Origin: Lama glama
Lineage: Eukaryota
Reading direction: 5' to 3'
Length of the DNA: 64,000 bases
Assembly: GCA_028534125.1 (NCBI GenBank)
Contig: CM052817.1
Location: 3,846,001 to 3,910,000 of the forward strand
Shown here: one piece after another, positions 1 through 11,935 of the stretch
Numbering within the stretch: position 1 is the first letter of the stretch
Layout: each line of letters opens with the position of its first letter
The notes under the pieces: model-generated
What the model saw: only the letters and a program-made list of their open reading frames with translations
Told to the model about the DNA's origin: nothing
Database searches by the model: none
Position numbers and translations under genes: made by a program

Positions 1-642
1 ATGCTCACTGCCTCACTGTAACTAGGAGCCCACCCCTTCCAGTTAAACAGATTCCGGCTGGTGCACTCATACCGTGGAATACTAGGCATGTTAAAAAAAC
101 ACACAGTGAAGTAGATCTGTTTGTGCTGATATGGAAAGCACTCCAAGATACAAAGTTTAGTGTTTGTTTAAACAGAACACTCTCTACCATGACACCCAGT
201 TTTTAAAAGCATAAGCATAAATTTTTTCTATGATAACCAAGAAGCTTATCAGTGATTTTTCAAGATGACTACAGGACAGGAAGGGGCACAAAAGAGATTT
301 ATTTTTCATCTTGTAACTTACTATAACATCTTATAACTGCTGTTTTAGATTTTTCAACATGTACTTCTTAAAAAATAAATAGGCTTTATAAGAGTTATTT
401 ATATTCAAAATAACACTTTGGTCAAACATACAAAATATATTTTGATAGTTTTAAATTAATCTTTACATTTTATAAAAACAAGAAATTCCTTCGATGGTAC
501 CAGCAAAAAATTAACAAGAATACAACCAGTACTTAATTATCTATGGTGGTAATCAAAGGAAGCAGTGACAAGTAACAACCACCACCAAAAAAAGGATCAA
601 AAAATGTGTCTATTTAATTTCAACTTTTTCATGGTGACCATT

Positions 643-726
643 CTGTAATGTATAAAAAGAACTGAATCACTATGCTGTGCACCCAAAACTAACACAATAT
701 TGTAAGTCAATTACACTTTAATAAAA
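643..726 (+). mobile_element. L1 extreme 3' end fragment
   Basis: actgaatcactatgctgtgcacccaaaactaacacaatattgtaagtcaa...aataaaa, the same tail as other L1 copies in the window. Confidence 0.75.
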
Positions 727-2239
727 CATTCGTTTTCAACTTTCCCATCATTAAAATCTTCAGGAAAGATGCTAACAAGGAGCAAAATGTTAATCAGATA
801 CCTTTGAAAAGGCTAGTAATTGAAGAAAAAAATAAAGAGCTTGAATAAATCCACAAACTGGGAAAACAATTTTGAAACAGTTATGTACTGGCTATTACAA
901 TTCCAAAGGTACTTTGGAAAATGTAATTGAACTAGAAGCAAAGTCCCAGCTGAAAGGGAAAATAAACCTCTCCCCACTTTGTACCTCCCGCTGTGATTAA
1001 CAGCCATATTACCAAAAAAGAAATTTCAAAGTATGTTGAGGCCCATTTCTTTATACTCACTTATCTCTAAGTATTTTTTCCCCCAAGAGGTGACTGACCC
1101 ATTTTATTTCAAGGTGTACTGAGTGACTGCTCCCGGTGCCAGGCACTACAGACATACAGCTAGTTTCCAGTCACCAGACAACCACATACACACAAACACA
1201 CACATATACACACGCTGCCTGTATTCACAGGACTCACATTCTTTTATCACTCTAGCTAGAAATACACACACACAAAGCAACACACTCTCAAGCCGCTGTG
1301 CAATTATTAATCCTCTAACTGTCCGATTGCTTTTATTTCTAATAGATACTAGTCCATCCACTGGGACAGGCCTATCATCCCCAATTCTTGGGGACAGATT
1401 TTAAGAGAGATTTGTTAGAAATATATAGATTTCCAATGACTAAAAAAGCTCATAATCATATATGTAGTTAATGTAAGTTAAATAGCAATCAATACATACT
1501 CTTATGTTGCTGCAAGTGGAGAATTCCATATTATATTAGAACCAACAGATAATCAATCACCTTTTAAAGTTTCTGGATACAACCTGACAATAAGTCATGC
1601 ATATAGATTTAAAAATAGTAACTAAATATTTAATTAAGTTTCAAAATTACAGCTGGTTTTCCTCATCAGCTTCTCCCTATCTAGCCGGGGGGGTTAAGAC
1701 TACTGAGCAGACAAATGGAGAGACAGAGGACTATGGAGAGAGCCTACCAACAGGAAACAGCCTTGGCGATGACGTCAAAAACAACATGTCAACAGTCATT
1801 CCAAATACTAAATAGGGAGATTCTATTGCTCAATGTATAATTATAAGACATAGATTAAAATGAAAACATGTGCTTTACTGAAAATAATACACAGTGTAAA
1901 ATCTGACAATCCACTCACACTCACTTTCTTAAGCCACATGCAAAAAATCTGGCTCCCTCCAACCAGATATGCATTTTTCTGCTTATTCTCAAAACTAATC
2001 AAAGAATGGAGGTGATGTTGGAAAGACCAGATGATTCTTTTTTCCTTTACACATGAACCAGAAATAAATCTGTCAACAGTTACAGTAACCGGCATATACA
2101 ATCAACCAACTATCCATCCACTAGTGTTCTCCACACCTGCTCCAACTAATAGCTAAAAGCTGCCACTTACTGAGCACTTACTAGGCCCTGTTTTGAGTGT
2201 GACATGTGGATACATGAAGGTCTCATATAAAGCCATTCC

Positions 2240-2764
2240 CACAAAAACAGACATATGGATCCATGGAACAGCACAGACAACCCAGAAATAAACCCACACA
2301 CCTATGGTCAATTAATCTTCAACAAAGGAGGCAATAATACACAATGGAGGAAAGACAGTCTCTTCAGCAAGTGGTGTTGGGAAAGCTAGAAAGCCGCACG
2401 CCAGTCAACGAAGTTAGAACATTCACAATGCACACAAAAATAAACTCAAAATGGCCTAAAGACTTAAATAAGACAGGACACCATAAAATTCCTAGAAGAG
2501 AACACAGGCAAAACATTCTGACATAAATTGTAAGGTTTTCTTAGGTCAGCCTACCAAAGCAATAGAAGTAAAAGCAAAAATAAACAAATGGGACCAATTA
2601 ACCTTGTAAGCTTTTGCACAGCAAAGGAAACCATAAACAGAACAAAACAGATAACCTATGGAATGGGTGAAAATATTTGCAAACGATGAGACTGACAAGG
2701 GCTTAATTTCCAAAATATACAAACAGCTCATGCAACTCAATAACAAAAAAACCAAACAACCGAA
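2240..2764 (+). mobile_element. L1 ORF2 internal fragment
   Basis: Recognisable L1 ORF2 C-terminal-half sequence (cccagaaataaacccacacacctatggtcaattaatcttc; aaataaactcaaaatgg), flanked by a 17-bp near-duplication. Confidence 0.9.
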
Positions 2765-2829
2765 TCATACTAAGCCATTCCAACCCTGTTTCCCGTCTCT
2801 GAAATCAAAAATGGAGGGTGACTGAGTTA

Positions 2830-3690
2830 ATTCAATCAAGCATTTAATGAATACGTACTACGTGAAAGACTACATCGCACACTAGAAGGAATCAGGAATG
2901 GATAAGATTTTCCTCTTCCCTTAAGGAGTTTAAAACCCACGTAAAGAATAAACTAAAAAGTTAAAAAAAAAAAAAAGCTGAGTGCAAGTATTATCCAACA
3001 CTGGGGGGGGGGGATAATGACAAGTTAATTCTGAAAATCAGGGGAAGCCTCTTTCATAGAAGTAGAAGCATTTAAGCCAAGCCTTCAGTACTAAGGATTC
3101 TGGTAAGGAAAAGGCAGAAAGGACATTCGAGTAAAGGAGTCCAACAAACAACCGTGAAAGTGGCTAGAGGTCTAATGTTAAAATATAAGGTGATGAGGAG
3201 CAGTAAAATTTGAAGCTAAAAGTTACAATGAGGCCAGATGGCACAGGTCTCAGAATGATTTACTAACCCTTTAACACTAATTCTCAACTGGCCAGGTGGT
3301 GGTGGCTCCAAGGTGAAAATCTTCGTAGGAGTAAGCCTACAGTCAGAACTAGGTCATATCCCACAGGTGTGATGGAGTCGGGGGAAATGCTAAGAACCTC
3401 TGGTATATATCTGGGGGGGAAGGGCATGATATGATTTGATTTGCATATTGAATAATTCTGGTAGCAGAACACAGGAGGACTAGAGAGGAGAGAAATCGGG
3501 AGGCCAATCTGCAGGCCTAAATAACAACCTACACATGGCCTGACAAGAGCCAGCGAGGGCAGGGGTGGAGGAATGACTGAGAAAAAGTAAAAAAAGTTGA
3601 TGGAAAAGACACATTGACGCAGACCTGATAAAAATCTGGTCAAGAAAGGGAAGACTCAAAAATTGTTCCCAGCCTGAGTAACAAGGACAA
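2830..3690 (-). mobile_element. L2 fragments (old, degraded)
   Basis: Antisense L2 3'-end motif (ttcaatcaagcatttaatgaatac...) and downstream purine-rich L2-like blocks. Confidence 0.55.
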
Positions 3691-6600
3691 ATGTGTTGTA
3701 AAGTAATACATCTTATCGCCTTATATCTGAACAAGGGTGTGCAGTACACACAGTACAGCCCACTTTAAGTGACATTGCAAAGCAAACGTAATGCGGACAA
3801 AGCTGTTCTCATTTCACGAAATAAACTGGAGTCCAAGAGTTAAATGACTTGCCCGTGGTGACCCGGGGGTGAGATGAGTCAAGACACAAACCTGAGTCTT
3901 TCAAATACCCAGGTCTGATGCTCTGTAAATAAGCCCCCTCAAAAGCAGTTTACTTTTTATGGATATAATAAATCTCTCCAAAAAACCACCCAGTGTAATG
4001 GAATGTAATCTGCTGGGAGTGCAATTATATTTCACAGATAAAGAATACTTTAAAACTTGTCCTCTGATCCCCTCTCCCAATAGACAGGGGCAGTGACTTC
4101 ACTCAGCAGTGCTGGCTCATGGACCCTAAAAGTTTCAGCACAGATGGTAGAGGTGGACATTTGTACTTGGTATAAAAATATCACTTGGTATTTTGTGAGA
4201 AGTCAAAAATAACTGAAAAGAAATATGCCAAGTATTAACTATCTTCAACATAATAAAACTGCATTTCCAGTGTTCTGGTTGGTATTCTGACGTTTGTTAT
4301 TAAAGCACCTTATAATAATAATGCCCTCCATAAGGTGGATTACAGACTTTGACTTCATTTGGCAAACATTTGAACATTTTCATGTTTAAACCCCTGAACA
4401 AGGTATTGGGGGTAAAATAATGATATGGTCACCACAGCCAGAGTTCAACATACACAACATGTGACACAGGCAATAATGAAAGTGAAAATTTCAAAGTGAG
4501 GATTGTGACTGCAGAAATAATTCATTTTGATAGGATTTCCTAAAGGCTCCAGAGAGGACATAAAATCTGATGTGGACTTTTAAAAAGTGGAGGGGGTGGA
4601 AGTGAGACAGGGCATTCCAATCAGAGAAAAGGACAGAGGGAGGAAGGGGTGAAGCAGTTGGCACGCTCAGAGAACCAGGAGTGGTCTCATTTAGCAGCAC
4701 AGTGTGGAAAGGGAACAAAGGGGACCAGCAAAGTTCAGAGTCTGACTAGACTCAGACTGGGAGCTGCCTTGAATGTGAGGCTGGTGGTCTGGATTCTAGT
4801 CCAAACAACAGGCAATCTTAGAAGCTTTCTGAGCCACAGACTGACAAGATCCAATCTGTGTTTAGGAAAGATGACCTCACAGCCAGGCAAAGTGTAGACA
4901 GGAAGGGGTGGGGAAGAGTCTGAAGACCAAACTTTAAGCCAAGAAAGGAATCTGAAGCTTTGACGTAACAGCACTATCTAATATTTTTAAAGGGACTGAG
5001 TGTTGATGGAATGATTTCACATCTCCCCTCACTTGATCATCCCAACCATCCTGTGAGACAGTTATCATCACTGTTTCCAATTTACAGACAACAAACTGGC
5101 TCAGCGGCCATTAATGGCTCCAAGTCAAATGTTGCTAAAACAGGGAGAGTTCTACTCAGGCTCAGTACTTTTCCGCACAATGCAAAATAAAAACAACCCA
5201 ATTGGTTCTGAAAAGTGCTACCCTAAAATAAAGCACAGAGTGATGGACGATATCATTAGAGAAATGCTAAAAATCCATTTAATTTTCTTAAATGCTTACA
5301 ACTTGTGTAACAAATAAACTATCTTTAAAATAGTTACAGACTTGATTATGTTAACACCATGGAAAGTCTGTACTTTTCTTTAAAAAACAAACAAAAAAAA
5401 TCCGCACCTCTGATTCTACTTCCTACAAAATTAAACATTTAAGAGTAATATTCTCTTCTCTCTTCAATGTTTCACTGGCCAAACTGGCATTTCATTTATG
5501 AAACAGGCTTAAGTGAAAACCATTACACACGTGCCCAAACTGAAGCGGTAAATATTTTTTTAATTACTAAAAATTCATTATTTAGCAAGTAGAGCTGTCG
5601 ACTCTAGAACATAATAAGTATTAATTGCAAGAAGCTTACCTATAGGTATGCAAAGGCACAATTTCAGAAATAATTTTTGTCACAAAGAAATGGCATAAAG
5701 ATCCTGAGAAGCGTTTATGAATGAATCAAGACAAAATAATCGATGGGAGAGTATTTGACCTTCAGGATGCAGAGTGGTATTTTCCCCCGTTAAATTCAAA
5801 GTCCAGGCAATGGTCAAGGTGTTCTGGCACGGGTCTTAGCTTGCACAGGAGAACCCTAGCTTAGGGATTAGATTGTACAGTTAAGTTTTATCCACAACAT
5901 CACCTATTATCAAAATGCTTACCCCCGACCCATCACCAATCTTCCACCACGGTTTCTCTAAACAAGCAAAGACTCAGAGATGCAAAATCGATTCTTAGGA
6001 ACTTGGACGAAGTACCCAACCTAGATACCCAAGAACCCAAACCAGGTAATTATTAGCAGAAATCATACTTAGTTAAACCATTCCAACGAACCGCACGTCC
6101 CCCTACCCGCTTAATCTCCTACACTTTTTATTAGGTTAAGTCTCCACAGCTTGCCTATAGAGGACAAAAACTCTAAAGTGGTGAAAGAGAAATCAAGACT
6201 AGGTTCTGCCTCGATTGGGGTCTGCTGCTAAGACTGGGCAGGCCCTGTCACCCGCGAACCGCCCGCTGCACGCTAAACCCCGGGGCAGCTTGCAGCACTT
6301 CCCCTGCGACAACCCGTTCCTCGGGAGCCGAGCTCCGAAAGGCAGCCGGGGACGCGTGCGCGAGCGGGCTCTGGTCCTCTCCCACCGCGGCCGCGGGTGA
6401 CTTTGCGGGCCCGTGGCTCCCGCAGGCGGCCGTAACCTTCGCCGAACCTTGCGCCGCAGGGCCCGCCCCGCCGCCAGGGCCCGCCCCGCGCGCGCAGAGC
6501 CACAGGCCCGCGCGCCCGTCCGTCCGCGCCGGCCCCGCCCCGCTCCGCCCCTCCCCCGCCGGCGGTTTCCCTTCCCCGGCCCCTAAAGGACAATGAGGAG

Positions 6601-7024
6601 GGGAGGGGGCGGAGGGACGCAGCGGGCCGAGGGCAGCGCAGCGAGCGCCCACCCGCCGGCCGGCCACTCCGGGAGTCCCGCCGCCGCCGCCGCTCCCGGG
6701 CTCCACGCCCGGCCTCACGTCCGCTCCCCTTCTCGCCTCGCCTCCCCCCTAAAGAGCCGCTCCCAGCGCGGCGACACCGGCCCATTGTGCGGACTCATCG
6801 TCCGCCCCGCGCCCGCCCGGCGCGCGGCGCGGGGGTCCCCAGGGCAGGGGTCCCCGGGCCCGCAACCCACCGCACGCCCGCGGCCCGGCCGGAGTCCTCG
6901 CGGAGCCCACGGCCCGGCGGGGCGGCCCGGCCTCCCTCAGGCCGCCCCAGGAACCTCGCGGCGGCGGCGGCGGCCGGCCCGCCCGCGCCCACCCGGCCGA
7001 GGGGCCCCAGCCCGCCTGCCGTAC

Positions 7025-7170
7025 CTGCCGAGCGGGCGGGCGGCGCGGCGGTCGGCGGGGGCGCCTCCTCGCTCCGAGGGCTCCGAGCGGCTGCCGAGCG
7101 CCGGGCGGCCCTGGCCTGCGCCTTACGTAAAGCGGCGGCGGCGGCTCCGGCGCCACTCGGCGGAGGGCGG
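7025..7170 (-). other. Probable non-coding first exon (5'UTR) of an unidentified gene; intron 1 extends past position 1
   Basis: The minus strand reads GCAG|gtacgg at 7025/7024 (splice donor) inside the CpG island. There is no ATG in the exon. Sequence to the left is AT-rich and intron-like. The TSS is estimated. Confidence 0.6.
7123..7130. promoter_or_regulatory. PAR-bZIP/NFIL3/ATF-type palindrome
   Basis: TTACGTAA, an AT-rich palindrome standing out within the GC-rich first exon. Confidence 0.4.
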
Positions 7171-7199
7171 GAGGCGGCGCGCCGCGGCCGCTCCGCTCC

Positions 7200-7212
7200 G
7201 TTACCCGGCAAC
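7200..7212. promoter_or_regulatory. RFX X-box motif
   Basis: GTTACCCGGCAAC fits GTTRCC-N-RGYAAC, just upstream of the putative TSS. Confidence 0.6.
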
Positions 7213-8715
7213 TGGCCTCAGCGCCCCGCCAACCGGGCGCGCTCCATATCCTTCCGCCCAGGCGCGGGGATTACATCAGCGCCGGCCGCCCCGCCCTAGC
7301 CCCGCCCCTCCGACCGGCCGCGGGGCCTCGGGGCGCGGGCCCGCGAGCCGAGGGCGCTCGGGTCGGGCGGATCCCTGCATCCGCGAGTGGCTGCTGGAAG
7401 CCGCTCGGAGGTTGGAGGGCTGGGAGCGTCGGAGCGGAGACGCCCCCTGCGGAGGTGCGCGTGGGGCTGCTCTTTGCAAAAGCCCTAAACTCCGCAGCCG
7501 CCCTTCTCCGCCCCCGGGCCCCCTTGGCCCCCGCCTTCCCGGGCACACGCTCCACCTGTCTGCGCCCTCTTCCTCGCCACGTCCTGGGATGGCTGGAGTG
7601 GGCGGTTTAAAATAGAGGCTTAAAAAAAATTTTTTTTAACCCAGAAGACAAGCTAAAGAAATGTGACATGGCTCTTTTTATTAAGTAGGCAAAAATAAAT
7701 TCTGGAAGATTCGGAAGTAGGAACCAAAAATGTGCACTAACCTTTTAATCAAAGTCTCTTCACACCCACTCACTTTTCCTAAATGTAATTCTTAGTCCTG
7801 TCCTTAAAAAGGCAAATAAGTATCAAAGAGGGAGGAGCCTGGGAGATTACCTACTTACAAAAGATGAGGAGAGACCTGCCTGGGGGGTCATTGTTGGTTG
7901 ATTTATTTGTTGAGCACCTATTAGGCGCCAGATACTGAGATTTTCTATTCAGAACTTCAGAGGCAGGTTCCCGCACCAGCTCACAGGACTCGCAGGAGAA
8001 GCTGGCGTATAGACCGGAAGGGGTAAACTGGTCGTTACGGACTACGCAGTGCTGGAGGGTTGGACCACGAACTATTTACATACTATCTACAGTGTGGTTT
8101 TCTGTACACATGCCTTTTGTTCTTGAGAGGAATCCTGGGTCAGGGCATTATCATCCCCATTTCACAGGAGAGGAAGTTGAGGCTCAGAGAAAGTAAATGA
8201 TTTCACCTGAACTACTGCTCCTGAGCTGGTGAGGTCTTCTGACCTTTCTAAACCTCTTGCGGGAGGCGGGATGTGAACTTAGACTCCTGGCTCTGAGGTC
8301 TGAGGTCTTTCCCTTTACCCAGCTCTCTCCCTTCATCAGTTTGCTCCCAAGTTTATCCTCTGAGGTTCATTTCAATTGAATGTATTTCACCATGAATCAC
8401 AGTGTATTCAACCAGTGTTTTCTGAGCACCTGTTCTGGGCCTGGCTGGATGCCAGGTAGAGATGGCCCTGCGCTCTTTGAAATCAAACTCTGAAAAGAGG
8501 AGAGGATGAAAGGGTGTGGGAAACTAAGAATTTTTGGAGTTTCTTTCCCAGGTGCGCCCAGACCTGCGATTTCACAGACCAGTAAAATTTTCCCCCCAAA
8601 ATAGGGGATTTGTAAAGAGTGGTCAGCTTTTAATTTTTGCCACATTGGTAACTTTGCTGTCATCTGCACTCATAATTTTGTGAAAAGGACTTAGTAACAG
8701 CAAAAAGTAAAAATA

Positions 8716-9094
8716 TAGTCGGTCCTCTGTATCCATGGGTTCTGAATCCATGGATTCAACCAACCGTGGATCAAAAATATTTGAGAAAAAACAATTCTTA
8801 AAAAAAAAATTCCAGAAAGTTCCAAGAAGCAAAATTTGAATTTGCTGCAACTATTTACATTGTACCCATGACTATTTATGTAACATTTACATTGTATTTA
8901 TTACTATTTACATTGCATTTACATTGTATTAGGTGTTGTAAGGAATCTAGAAATGACTTAAGGTATGGAGGATGGAGATGTACACAGGGTATATGCAAAT
9001 ACTCTGTCATATTATATAAGGGACTAGGGCATCCTCCAATTTTGGTATCTGAGAGGTCCTGGAACCAATCCCTGGCTGATCCAAGGGATGACTA
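8716..9094 (+). mobile_element. MER2/Tigger-family (TcMar) DNA transposon fossil
   Basis: Starts tagtcggtcctctgtatccatgggttc and ends ggaaccaatccc...gggatgacta, with TA on both sides (8714-15, 9095-96). Confidence 0.85.
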
Positions 9095-9429
9095 TAGAAA
9101 TAATATAGCTCAGATATTCTCAGAATAGAGGAAACACAGTTGGCAACTTTATAGTCCCCCCCCCACACACACACATGGTTTACTGATCTTATTTTTCTCA
9201 TTTTGCCACAGACTAGTTTTTATAAATCACAAACTAGTGGAACTGGAAGGCTTCTTGGTGGAAGAGATATTTAAACTGAATAGGAATTAACTAGGATTGG
9301 TAGGATTTCAAGGTAGTGGGGGGAGATTACAGATTAAAGAATGAAAGTATTTTGGTTATTGTGTTTCCTTAACAAAATAGCCCCCTTGCCTTATTTGTTT
9401 TAATCAGAGTCCTAGAAGGCTTGGCTGAC

Positions 9430-9790
9430 TCCAGCCTCAGGGCCTCTGCACTTGCTGATTCCTCCTCACAGATCCCTCTCTCCCCAGACCCTTGCATAGC
9501 TGGCTTCTCCTTGCTCAGGGCTCAACTACAATGTTACCTGCTTGGAGACACCTCCTATGATCCCCAATTTAGAGTAACCAGCCTTCCCGTGATGCCACCA
9601 CCATTCTGCTTTTCTGTTTTGCTTTTATCCACAGCTCTTATCAGTATCAAGTTCTCTTGGATGTATGTTTGTTTACTCTTTAAGCTCAGTCTTCCCTCCA
9701 CCTAAGACCTGCATTCCGGAAGAGCAGGCATCTTGTCCATAGTGTTCTCCAGTCCACCACAGAGCCTGCCAGTTTGTAGATGAATCACTG
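9430..9790 (+). mobile_element. L2 3' fragment
   Basis: cagggcctctgcacttgctg...gctcaactacaatgttacc...ggcatcttgtc, typical L2 3' blocks. Confidence 0.65.
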
Positions 9791-10524
9791 AAAGATCATC
9801 TGTAACATAATCTAGTGGATATACAGAGAGAAAACAGCCCTGTGTTCATGGGAGCAGTTGGTAACGGGGATCTCAAGCATGAACCCTTACTCTTTAGTGA
9901 ACCACCTTGCCTTGACCGTCCTTAAATCTCATGGGTAGTAATTAGCCAAGTCAAACTCGGGATTATAGTAGCTTTCTTGCTCTTGTGGGCTGAGACCCAG
10001 GGAATGCAAAGGGGTCCAGGGAACTCTGGCATTAGAGCACAAATGCTGTGAAAATGGAGGAATCCCACTTCAGGATTTTCTAATAGAAACCATCTTGGCC
10101 TCTGTGTACGTCCATGATCACTGATGTCTCCAAGCTCAGAACCATCTACCTCGGCTCTTTAACGCCTGTACAAGGACGAGACAGTGAGAGGGGGAAAATG
10201 ACAACCCTCAGTGCCCTCTGACCTGGGTGTTCTAGATGCCAGCAAGGATTCAGGCGGATGCCAGCTGGGGCGGTAGTTTTGTAACCCCAAGCATGCGTGT
10301 TGAACAGCAGGATGAGTGTGATGCTGTGCAGCCCACATTGACTGACAGAAATTAGGGGCCAGGCTTCCCTGGCTCTGTGACCTTGGGGATGCAATCTCCC
10401 TCTCTGGGCCCCGGTTTCCCCTTCTGCACAGCAAGGGACTTTAGAAGGTTTTAAAAGTCTCCTCCTGTTCTTTTTTTTTTTTTTTTCTGTGAACTTTGGA
10501 AACAAAATTTCAAATGAAGTTACC

Positions 10525-10650
10525 TTTTGATAAAAGGAGGAGGCTATGTGTGGGGGGCAGGAAGTATATGGGAAATCTCTGTCCTTTCTGCTCAGTTTTG
10601 CTGTGAACTTTAACTGCTCTAGAAAATAAAGCCTGATTTTTAAAAATAAA
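10525..10650 (+). mobile_element. Old L1M 3' end
   Basis: tatatgggaaatctctgtcctttctgctcagttttgctgtgaac...aaaataaa. Confidence 0.7.
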
Positions 10651-10941
10651 AGGATGTGTACAAACCTGAGCTGTGTCCAACCCTGCCAATACCAGCCCAT
10701 TTACTGACCCCCAGCTGCGGGCCAGGCGCTTTCCTCACACCATTCTGATCCCCACAGGAGCCAGCCGTGGGGAGATTACCCCCAATTGCAGCTGGAGACC
10801 CTGAGTGCTCTGGAGAGGCCGTTTAAGGTGGCTTGTCCCCGGCCCCGCTGCTACTTCATGGCAAGCACTGGGATTTGACTGCAGCCCTGCTCTTTACAAT
10901 GCGCCGACTGTGTCCTGAGATTCCATCTTGAATTAGCTTTT

Positions 10942-11182
10942 TTTAAAATTGAAGTATAGTTGATTTTCAATGCTGTGTTAAATTCTGGTATACAGCATAG
11001 TGTTTCAGATATATATAGCCCTTTTCATATTCTTTTTCGATATAGGTTATTACAAGTTATTGAATGTAGTTCCCTGTGCTGTACAGTAGAAACTTGTTTA
11101 TCTATTTTGTATATAGTAGTTAACATCTGCAAATCCCAAACTGTCAGTTTATCCTCCATCCCTTCTTTCTCCCCGGTAACCC
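10942..11182 (-). mobile_element. 5'-truncated lineage-specific L1 3'UTR with TSD
   Basis: Antisense L1 tail (aattgaagtatagttgattt...). TSD tgaattagctttt (10929-10941) / tgaatcagctttt (11183-11195). Confidence 0.9.
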
Positions 11183-11702
11183 TGAATCAGCTTTTAAATG
11201 AATGATCCCCCACCAGAGAAGCTCCCCATTGCCTCCTCTGGGGACCAGTCCCCTCATTTAAGATTCTAATGTTCATCTCAGCTCAAGGCAGTCAGTCAAG
11301 GAGGCCGACTGGGCCTACAGCCCGTCCTCTCAGCAGCCCTGCACCCACCACCCCTGGTGGCAGATTCCCTTCCAGAATCTGAAGAGTTGAGGTCAAGCCC
11401 CTGACACAGCCTAACAGTATGACCAGAGGAGCTCGCTCACCCTGGCAGGGCCTCCATTTCCATGAAAAGATGGAGGGATAATGGCCCCCCCACCCTGCTT
11501 GGCTGTTGGTTGTATTCAAGGCCAAACAAAAGCAGAGGTGCGGCATCCTCTGCAGCCTCTAAGATACCGTATAAATGTCAAGTCTTGCTGTTATGCTTCC
11601 AAATTTGTTCCAGTGGCTGCTGGCTTTGTGCTCATTCCTACCCCTCCACCCCCATCCACGGAGAACGCAACAGTGAGGCAGCATCGGCCAGTCTAGAGGT
11701 GG

Positions 11703-11935
11703 GGTAGCATGGTGGTTAAGTACACTGGCTTGACCACTGGGTTGAAGCCGGGCTCGACCACTAGTTAGCTTGCTGACATGGGCAAGCTGTTTAGCCTCTC
11801 CGTTTGCTCCCTTGTAAAATGGTGTCATAATAATAGTGCCTCCCTGAGAGGGTCCTTGTTGGGGAGACACATGAAACCAGGGAGAGGATCAGAATAGTGC
11901 CGAGTGCACGGTAAGCCCTCAGTGAGCACTGCTGC
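11703..11935 (+). mobile_element. MIR SINE (near full length)
   Basis: gcatggtggttaag...ccactagttagcttgctgacatgggcaag...tgtaaaatgg...gtaagccctcagt. Confidence 0.8.

Larger units (their letters stand above)
6240..7580. promoter_or_regulatory. CpG island / housekeeping-type promoter of a minus-strand gene
   Basis: About 1.3 kb of very high GC and CpG density with many GC boxes (CCCGCCCC) and (GGC)n/(CCG)n runs, and sharp edges to AT-rich flanks. Confidence 0.93.

Noticed and set aside
6248..7615. Long overlapping ORFs (up to 340 aa) in the CpG island
   Set aside because: Arg/Pro/Gly/Ala low-complexity translations open in several frames on both strands reflect stop-codon scarcity at very high GC. 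The GTG-started 6749-7156 frame has a weak start context and runs through the splice donor.
11340..11361. Additional CTCF-like strings (also ~53574-53592 and ~54792-54811)
   Set aside because: They have mismatches or an indel in the core GGGC positions and are too weak to call by eye.
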